This document shows, in pieces, positions 57,785 to 64,000 of a stretch of DNA of 64,000 bases (its first letter is position 1; every line of letters starts with the position of its first letter). The stretch spans positions 9,272 through 73,271 of the forward strand of contig JBHLQM010000005.1 of assembly GCA_048884785.1 (NCBI GenBank), given 5' to 3'. A program made the position numbers and the translations under genes. Under the pieces are notes generated by a model. That model had not been told where the DNA came from, made no database searches, and saw only the letters and a program-made list of their open reading frames with translations. This DNA comes from Candidatus Thorarchaeota archaeon. GTDB taxonomy: Archaea; Asgardarchaeota; Thorarchaeia; Thorarchaeales; Thorarchaeaceae.

Positions 57785-58108
57785 TTAGCTCTTGGTCAAG
57801 GTAACAAGAATGAATTCTTCTTGTGGAGCGACTCTGATTCCGCCCATATCTGTTTGAATCTGAATGAATTGGAGCGCCCCGCCTTCCTTCACTTGTCTGA
57901 TTACCTCTTTGGTCTTCCCGATTAACGCACTAAGAAGAGCTGAGATTTCCTCTGCACGTTCAAGAGAAACACCCCAAGTGTTGATTGGAAATCCTTCCGG
58001 ACTGATGAAAAGCGCAGCATATACATCCGGGAACTTGCTAGTTATGTTCTGGATAATTCTTTCAAATATTTCACGCTTCGGCATCGCTGGCATCAATTGC
58101 ACATCCAC
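57785..58108 (-). CDS. Roadblock/LC7 domain protein
   Basis: ALFISPEGFPI, ISALLSALIGK, LQFIQIQT..G.I.VAP. Confidence 0.85.
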   Translation of the reverse strand: MDVQLMPAMPKREIFERIIQNITSKFPDVYAALFISPEGFPINTWGVSLERAEEISALLSALIGKTKEVIRQVKEGGALQFIQIQTDMGGIRVAPQEEFILVTLTKS

Positions 58109-58225
58109 AGAAGTTTCTCAATGTTCAGTGGCTTCAGAGTTGTTGAAATTACAACATAAGGGTTTTCGTCACAGACTCCATCCAACGTTGGAAAAGATTC
58201 AAGACTCAAATATCAACGCTTTGGC

Positions 58226-58852
58226 TTGATTCAAATGAGATTTGGTGACGAATATCTGGATATTTCCGGCAGAAAAGTGAAATTTGCGAGGATTATTTCC
58301 AGATTGCTGCCGGCCCCGCTTTTCAATTTCTATTTGGGCATTATTCTGGCTTTCTATTCACCTGTGGGTTTGGGGCCATATCTCAATTCGTGGACATCAT
58401 TGGCGATTTGCATTGTTTTCATGGTGATTCTCCCTGTGTCCCCTATAATTCTAGAAGCAAAACGAGGAAATGTAGATCTTGATGTCTCAGAGCAGGCAAA
58501 GAGAAATAGATTCTTTTTAGCCGCAATTGCTTTCTATGTAGCTGCCTTTGACATTTACTATGTTGCGGCTTGTGATGTCATGGCCGTCTTCGCTGCCGCA
58601 TATGCTACTGTCACCACAGGCATAATGATTGCTACCAGATGGTCAAAAGTCTCTGTCCATGCAGCTGGCGTCGGAGGTCCTGGTACAGCTTTGCTATTCA
58701 TTTATGGTGCTATGGGATTGCTAGTAGTAGCAATTTGGTTTCTGGTGATCTGGGCAAGGATTATTCTTAGACAGCACTCCCTTCAACAGTCACTCCTTGG
58801 TCTAGGGCTTGCAATACTGATTACAATTGCCACATATGCGGCGTTGTGGTAG
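58226..58852 (+). CDS. Membrane protein with PAP2-like C-terminus
   Basis: D.DVS....R, WSKVSVHAAG, WAR..L..HS..Q...G. Confidence 0.65.
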   Translation: MIQMRFGDEYLDISGRKVKFARIISRLLPAPLFNFYLGIILAFYSPVGLGPYLNSWTSLAICIVFMVILPVSPIILEAKRGNVDLDVSEQAKRNRFFLAAIAFYVAAFDIYYVAACDVMAVFAAAYATVTTGIMIATRWSKVSVHAAGVGGPGTALLFIYGAMGLLVVAIWFLVIWARIILRQHSLQQSLLGLGLAILITIATYAALW

Positions 58853-58956
58853 TAAAATTGGGGTTCGAGCAGGTTTTATTCATATGCGAACAATATAGGA
58901 ATTAGATAGGGAATGGTGATACATCAATCATCATTACTACGCAAAAGGTCCCCACA

Positions 58957-60231
58957 ATGACAGACTCTATTATTTGCCCCAAGTGCGGAACTAGCATGAG
59001 AAAAGGCTCAACATTCTGCCTCAAATGCGGGACTCCTTTAGCTGGAGATTCCAAATCATTTGTTGACACTTCTGAAGCTGAAGATATGTCGGAGATCGGA
59101 TCCGAAGATACCTTTGAGAAGGATGAAGGTGATGTCGTACTACCTGAACTTGATGACTGGGGAACACAAGAAGATGAAACCGACACTCTCAATGAAGAAA
59201 CTATGGTATCTCTCTCTGAAGCCGCAAGCATGATGAGTGAATCACCATTGGAGGAAGAAGTGGAAGTTGCTCCATCAGATGAATTGAGCTGGGATGAAGA
59301 ATCGCTTTTGAGTAGAACTCCAAAAACAGAGTCTGATGATGAAAAGCTGACTGAAACATCGCCAGATACGAAAGAAAAAATCCCAGTTTCTCCTAATTCA
59401 TCATGGGAAACTCCCAATGAATATTCACCCGAGATAAAGGTGGGCATGCCATTTCAGGAGGTCGCCCCGCCCAAAGTTGTGGATAGCGATATGGTTGCAC
59501 TTCCTGAGAAAGATGTAATGGCGCATCTATTTCCCGATGAACAGGATGCGCCAACACGAGAGGCTGTTTCGCATCTATTCCCTCATGGCAGAGGAGAAAC
59601 AACAAAGGACTTTGTCGATATTGTGGTTGGTAAACCAAAACGTATTGGAGCGGATATATCTCCATCATATCTTGAAACGCCGACATGCACTGAATGTGGG
59701 CATACCACCGGTTCAGATTCCTTCGAATATCCACCAGCAGTCTATGAAGTGATGGGAAAGGCTCGCTTGAATCATGGCTTAGATCTTATGAAGGACAACG
59801 AACATGAAAAGGCAATCGAGCAGTTTGAAATTGCGAAGAAATTGTTTGAACACGCAGATCTAAGCAAATGGGTTGATGAAGCAACTAAGCGTGTTGATGA
59901 AGGATATGATGCCATGGCTGAACATCATTACATCCAAGGTGAGAATCATCTCAAAGAAAAGCAATTTGAATGGGCGGTTGTACAATTCAAGAAAGCCAGA
60001 GAACTCTACATGTTTAGTACTGATGCAAAGAAACGCGCAAAGTGTTCTGAGCGAGCGAGAGACGCCTACGAAGAATGGGGCAGGATACTTGAAAGCGAGG
60101 GAGATCAGCAGGCGAAAGAAGGGAACACACGAGAAGCTTTGGCGACCTATACTGAAGCTGCGGAAAAATATCGAGAAGCAGATGCACCAAAAAGGATTCA
60201 AGGATTGGAAAAGAAAATCAGAAAGGCATAG
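58957..60231 (+). CDS. Zinc-ribbon, acidic disordered linker and TPR/alpha-solenoid protein
   Basis: CPKCG...FCLKCG, ~150-aa D/E/S-rich region, CTECG, C-terminal A...F..A..L(F/Y) helical repeats. Confidence 0.7.
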   Translation: MTDSIICPKCGTSMRKGSTFCLKCGTPLAGDSKSFVDTSEAEDMSEIGSEDTFEKDEGDVVLPELDDWGTQEDETDTLNEETMVSLSEAASMMSESPLEEEVEVAPSDELSWDEESLLSRTPKTESDDEKLTETSPDTKEKIPVSPNSSWETPNEYSPEIKVGMPFQEVAPPKVVDSDMVALPEKDVMAHLFPDEQDAPTREAVSHLFPHGRGETTKDFVDIVVGKPKRIGADISPSYLETPTCTECGHTTGSDSFEYPPAVYEVMGKARLNHGLDLMKDNEHEKAIEQFEIAKKLFEHADLSKWVDEATKRVDEGYDAMAEHHYIQGENHLKEKQFEWAVVQFKKARELYMFSTDAKKRAKCSERARDAYEEWGRILESEGDQQAKEGNTREALATYTEAAEKYREADAPKRIQGLEKKIRKA

Positions 60232-60237
60232 TCCAAT

Positions 60238-61170
60238 TTACTTCGGCTTGAATCCAGTTAGATTGAGAATATTCTTTCGGAAAACCAGATCTATGTCATC
60301 TGATGAGTAACAAAACTGAGGACATATAGCTCGCACCGCATTATATTGCTCTTCGAGGATGTTGTATCTATATCCTCGTGGAAAGAATGAGGAGTCTGTG
60401 CCAAACACTATTCGTGATGGGCCTCCAGCCTTCAATGCCTTTTCGAACACCTTTGTGATTGAGAGGTCGTACGGAAGGTAGTTCATCCAAGAATTGCTGC
60501 CGCTGGAATCCATGTGTATGTTTTCCGTTTGATACATCAGCATAAGCACTTCTCTAAAGAATCCCGCCCCAAAGTGCGCAATCATAAAATTAAGATCAGG
60601 AAAATCGGAAGCTGGTTTTTGCAAGTCTAATGGATTTCCGTATCTGAGATTCGCCTGAGTTCCTATCGTTATTCCAAAGTGAGCAATTACGAGGAGTTTC
60701 TGTTTTAATGCCTCCTCATATACAGGATAAACACAATGATCATTTGCGTGGAATTCCCAGGAAGTGGGATATAGTTTGATTCCTTGAAATCCATCTCTTC
60801 CTGCTCTTCTAACCAAATCTACTGCATCTTCATCTGCAGGATTAATATTGGCATAACCCAGAAATCTGCCCGGAAAACGTCTTCTAGTTTCATTGAACTC
60901 ATCCCACGATTCTTTGCCTATCATCATCCCAATGGCTGAAATTCCATATTTATCGAGCTCATTTACCCAGACCTGACCTGTATCCCAGTTCTCATCGGGA
61001 AGTCTGAACTCCTTCATATCAGTAAGGGATGATACCCTCTTCTGTATCCTCTTGAACTGATCCTCAGCGGATTGTTGACCGGCTCTTTCAAGAATTCCCT
61101 TTACGGTGTTATATGTCATGAAATGAGCATGAGCGTCTACTACTTCAATTCCGATTCTTGAAACTACCAA
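60238..61170 (-). CDS. Amidohydrolase_2 family protein
   Basis: DAHAH, GIKLYP, H.G, IAHFG, D.S, FGTD. Confidence 0.9.
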   Translation of the reverse strand: MVVSRIGIEVVDAHAHFMTYNTVKGILERAGQQSAEDQFKRIQKRVSSLTDMKEFRLPDENWDTGQVWVNELDKYGISAIGMMIGKESWDEFNETRRRFPGRFLGYANINPADEDAVDLVRRAGRDGFQGIKLYPTSWEFHANDHCVYPVYEEALKQKLLVIAHFGITIGTQANLRYGNPLDLQKPASDFPDLNFMIAHFGAGFFREVLMLMYQTENIHMDSSGSNSWMNYLPYDLSITKVFEKALKAGGPSRIVFGTDSSFFPRGYRYNILEEQYNAVRAICPQFCYSSDDIDLVFRKNILNLTGFKPK

Positions 61171-61296
61171 TTCTAATCCTCCGGTCTATTACAGAAGGCT
61201 GATTCACGATAGTTTAATCCATATATGACTGTTACACTAGGTGCCAAACCAGAGCTGGACAATGAAGCCGGAGTTTCACATTACAGCAGTCATCTA

Positions 61297-63486
61297 TTAT
61301 ATCCAATCGCCTGTTTCAAGCTTTCTAGGTAGATAGACATCCGTTAGATATTCGAAAGAATGGCTTGCAAATGCCTGAATCTCAGCCTTCTCCTTCAACC
61401 GTAGCATCAACTGCAGGTCTTCAACCCATTCTTTATTCTTCTGAACAAAAGGTTCCTTCAGCATCTCTCTCACACGTTTGATGTCCGCAGGCTCCATTGG
61501 AATTCGGACACTCTTTGGAATGTCGAATGCATCAAGATCCCGGCTCAAAACACCGAGCAATTTCAATTCAGGAGTTGCGATAAATGGAGATTCGTAGCTA
61601 AGTCGTTTACTACCTCTAAGAAAGACGGAGTAGATATAGTGTCCATATGGATCGCTGTCGACTAGTGCAAATGCCGGAATTTCAAGTTCTTTCACAAGCA
61701 TCTTTAGAAACGCACGGGTGGCAATATCACCTGACCCCTTTCCAGTGATGACAATGCATGGTTGGCGATTCCAGTATTTTGCCTCTGATAATCTCATAAC
61801 TGCAGCATCCTTCTCAGACACTAGGATGAATTCGGCATCACTCTCAAGAATCTCCAATTGGTCCAAGAACGGTGTTACTGCCCATCCACCCGTTCCCATC
61901 TTTGTAAGATCTATGGTATCGCCACCATCTCTTATGACAACCCGTCCCATCGCTGAACCTCTGGCACTTGCAACAACATGAACACTGTCTCTTGTCGTAT
62001 TCAGCATCGATGATACGTCTTCAATTATTTTATCGCTATACTTCTGGTCTCTGAAGAGGTTCACATCGCTGTAGAAGACCTCACGTTTAGAAGCGTGAAG
62101 ATTGGATCGAAGTAATTGATAGATTATCTCCATAACCCTTGCTGTTCTTGTTGCATCCACCACCGAAGCAAGTGAATGGTAAGGTCTCGACACCGTTTTC
62201 ATACCCAGCAGAAGGAGGTCTCGAAACTCATCCCAGACAATATTGTCACTAGAACGACTTGGAATTTCAAACGCCGGACGACCGGTCATGAGTGTTTCAT
62301 TGAGAACATCAGCCGCAGTTGAAACAAGCCGGTCCGTGGTATCTTTGGACTCCAAGTTGACCACTTCTACTGTTTCTGGTAGATCAGTTGGTAATTCTCC
62401 TGCCTGTTCCATCCTATCAACTTCAGCCCATTGTAGTCTCATCTCTTTGGCGAGTTTCTGCACTGCACGGGGAACTGGAAGGCCAGATTCTTTTCGCAAT
62501 ACTTTGGGTTTTTTCCTTACTGGCGTGTGTACCTTCTTGCGTTTGCTCACAACTACTTCCTCTTGTTTCTTCTTGGTTGTCCGTTTGGGTTTTGTAGATG
62601 GCTTCTCGGCTTGTTCTTCAATGGGTTCAACAAGCGCTTCGTCTTCGTCAATGGTCGGTTCTTCTCCAAGGGGGAGCTTCTTTTCCTTTTCTTTGGATTT
62701 TGGAGCTTTGGTTGATTTGACTGAAATTGTTTCGGGCTCCCCTGCAACAGTCCTTAATTCATAGGCTTTCATATAATCACGAGCAGCTGCAACGATCCGG
62801 GTCGCTTTATCAAGTCCAAGACCTTCTATTCTCGCGGCTATTCCTGAAGGAGATGCTCTTGAGAGTCGTGCAATTGAGTTGTATCCAGCGGAGTCAAGGG
62901 TCATAGCTAGTTTTGATCCCACTCCAGGAATCTCTGTTAGTGCAGGTCTTGTGCTTTCTTCTTCTTCTCCTCCACTCACCACCTGATCCTCAGGTGCTTG
63001 TTCAGAGGGTGGTTTCAGTAGTTTCTTTGCATCCAATACAAGCCTTTCTGCACCACTCTTGCTGAGTCCTTCCACCTTCTTTGATAGTGAGTCAGCTCGA
63101 GCTCGAGAAATCTTCTCCACGGAGCCATATCCTGCAGAGATCAGTCTTTCTGCTAGTTTTGCCCCAACACCGGGGAGAGTCATTGGACTGGTCCCCTCAG
63201 GCTCAGGCGCGGGTGATTCTTTCTTGACTGCCTGTTTCTTCGAAGATGTATCATCCTTCTTTTTCTTAGTAGAATCTTTGGCTTTCTTCACGGGCTTTTT
63301 TGCTAATGGCTCCTTGCCTGTTTTTTTCTTTGAAGACCTCTTCTTGCTAGTGCTCTTTTTAGTCGGAGCCTTTTGTCCAGTAACTTTTTCTTTCTTGGGA
63401 GACGCTTTCTTTTTTGGGGACGATTCGTTCATTACATCGCCTAGAGTTGTTTGAACTGCCTTATCTGGTAGTTTTTTCTTCGCCAT
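61297..63486 (-). CDS. top6A: DNA topoisomerase VI subunit A with long N-terminal Lys-rich/HhH extension
   Basis: IPSRS..N, KREVFY (catalytic Tyr), EKDA, TGKG..D.ATR, DSDPYG TOPRIM, KAEIQA. Confidence 0.93.
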   Translation of the reverse strand: MAKKKLPDKAVQTTLGDVMNESSPKKKASPKKEKVTGQKAPTKKSTSKKRSSKKKTGKEPLAKKPVKKAKDSTKKKKDDTSSKKQAVKKESPAPEPEGTSPMTLPGVGAKLAERLISAGYGSVEKISRARADSLSKKVEGLSKSGAERLVLDAKKLLKPPSEQAPEDQVVSGGEEEESTRPALTEIPGVGSKLAMTLDSAGYNSIARLSRASPSGIAARIEGLGLDKATRIVAAARDYMKAYELRTVAGEPETISVKSTKAPKSKEKEKKLPLGEEPTIDEDEALVEPIEEQAEKPSTKPKRTTKKKQEEVVVSKRKKVHTPVRKKPKVLRKESGLPVPRAVQKLAKEMRLQWAEVDRMEQAGELPTDLPETVEVVNLESKDTTDRLVSTAADVLNETLMTGRPAFEIPSRSSDNIVWDEFRDLLLLGMKTVSRPYHSLASVVDATRTARVMEIIYQLLRSNLHASKREVFYSDVNLFRDQKYSDKIIEDVSSMLNTTRDSVHVVASARGSAMGRVVIRDGGDTIDLTKMGTGGWAVTPFLDQLEILESDAEFILVSEKDAAVMRLSEAKYWNRQPCIVITGKGSGDIATRAFLKMLVKELEIPAFALVDSDPYGHYIYSVFLRGSKRLSYESPFIATPELKLLGVLSRDLDAFDIPKSVRIPMEPADIKRVREMLKEPFVQKNKEWVEDLQLMLRLKEKAEIQAFASHSFEYLTDVYLPRKLETGDWI

Positions 63487-63491
63487 TCTGC

Positions 63492-64000
63492 CTATTCCTC
63501 CTCACCCTCTTCCAAGCCTTCTCCCAGTGGCATGTCTGCAATCAAATCTGAGCCTTCAATGTCGGTTTCCGTTTCTTCTTGATCAGTATCCAATTCGAAG
63601 CCTGAGATAGAATCTCTGATCTTGCTGGCAATGGTTTCGGGATCATATTTCGTTTTTCCACTTGCATCATTCACAATATTCGACAGACTTGATGCGAATT
63701 GATCAGCATACATTGCAAGAATTCCAGCACGTTTTGCTTTTCGCCTGGCAGTTTCTCTCCTAGTAATGAAGCGTCGGAATTTGCGGCCTGCATCTTCCAG
63801 GGCTAATTTTATCTCCTTAAGTAGAACTTCATCTTCAGCCAATGCCTGTTTGCTCTGACCCTTGAACATGACATGTACATATGCCCCAGCAACATGGATG
63901 AAAACCATGATTGGCCCTCTAGGAATACCGTTATCGAATGTTGCTACTTTGTAATTCTTCCAATTAACAGAGGTTGAAGCTTTCCATGTGGCGCAGTCGC
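63492..64000 (-). CDS. top6B: DNA topoisomerase VI subunit B, C-terminal (transducer) part; 5'-truncated
   Basis: Frame open to the window edge: DCATWKA...VNWKNY...P.GP...IH......F.GQSKQALA...EIKLAL..AGR; immediately upstream of top6A. Confidence 0.88.
   Translation of the reverse strand, partial: DCATWKASTSVNWKNYKVATFDNGIPRGPIMVFIHVAGAYVHVMFKGQSKQALAEDEVLLKEIKLALEDAGRKFRRFITRRETARRKAKRAGILAMYADQFASSLSNIVNDASGKTKYDPETIASKIRDSISGFELDTDQEETETDIEGSDLIADMPLGEGLEEGEEE

Noticed and set aside
58902-59447. 181-aa Ser-rich antisense ORF (likewise 62243-62764, 63059-63454, 3881-4411 and other short nested ORFs)
   Set aside because: Shadow frames opposite well-supported or low-complexity genes, with no motifs of their own.
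31626-64000. Proto-meiotic gene cluster (Mre11/Rad50, RadA, Top6A/B)
   Set aside because: The genes are spread over 30 kb among unrelated housekeeping genes and are common to most archaea; co-location is probably incidental.

Overview
A gene-dense, roughly 42% GC (estimated by eye) archaeal chromosomal segment with about 60 CDSs. I saw no rRNA, tRNA, CRISPR array or transposase. The housekeeping genes are archaeal (aRF1, pheS/pheT, radA, top6A/B, geranylgeranyl reductase, ino1, glmS, purA). Three roadblock/LC7 proteins and two Rab-like small GTPases point to an Asgard archaeon; Thorarchaeia is plausible but is an inference. The most unusual items are: (1) a Cas4-like Fe-S nuclease split across two adjacent genes, each half with its own transmembrane anchor and no CRISPR nearby; (2) a topoisomerase VI A subunit with a ~340-aa extension containing histone-H1-like SPKK/Lys-rich tracts and two RadA-N-terminal-like HhH domains; (3) a membrane-anchored subtilase resembling eukaryotic site-1 protease, divergently paired with a CPBP intramembrane protease; (4) a miniature, zinc-hook-less Rad50 with Mre11; (5) a stand-alone PEP-utiliser phosphocarrier domain with His replaced by Asp; (6) a Vps62/NPP1-like protein; (7) an EamA-RAM fusion followed by a free RAM domain; (8) a p24/GOLD-like membrane protein; (9) a cytoplasmic gingipain (C25)-like protease. 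All family calls come from motif recognition by eye, without database searches.
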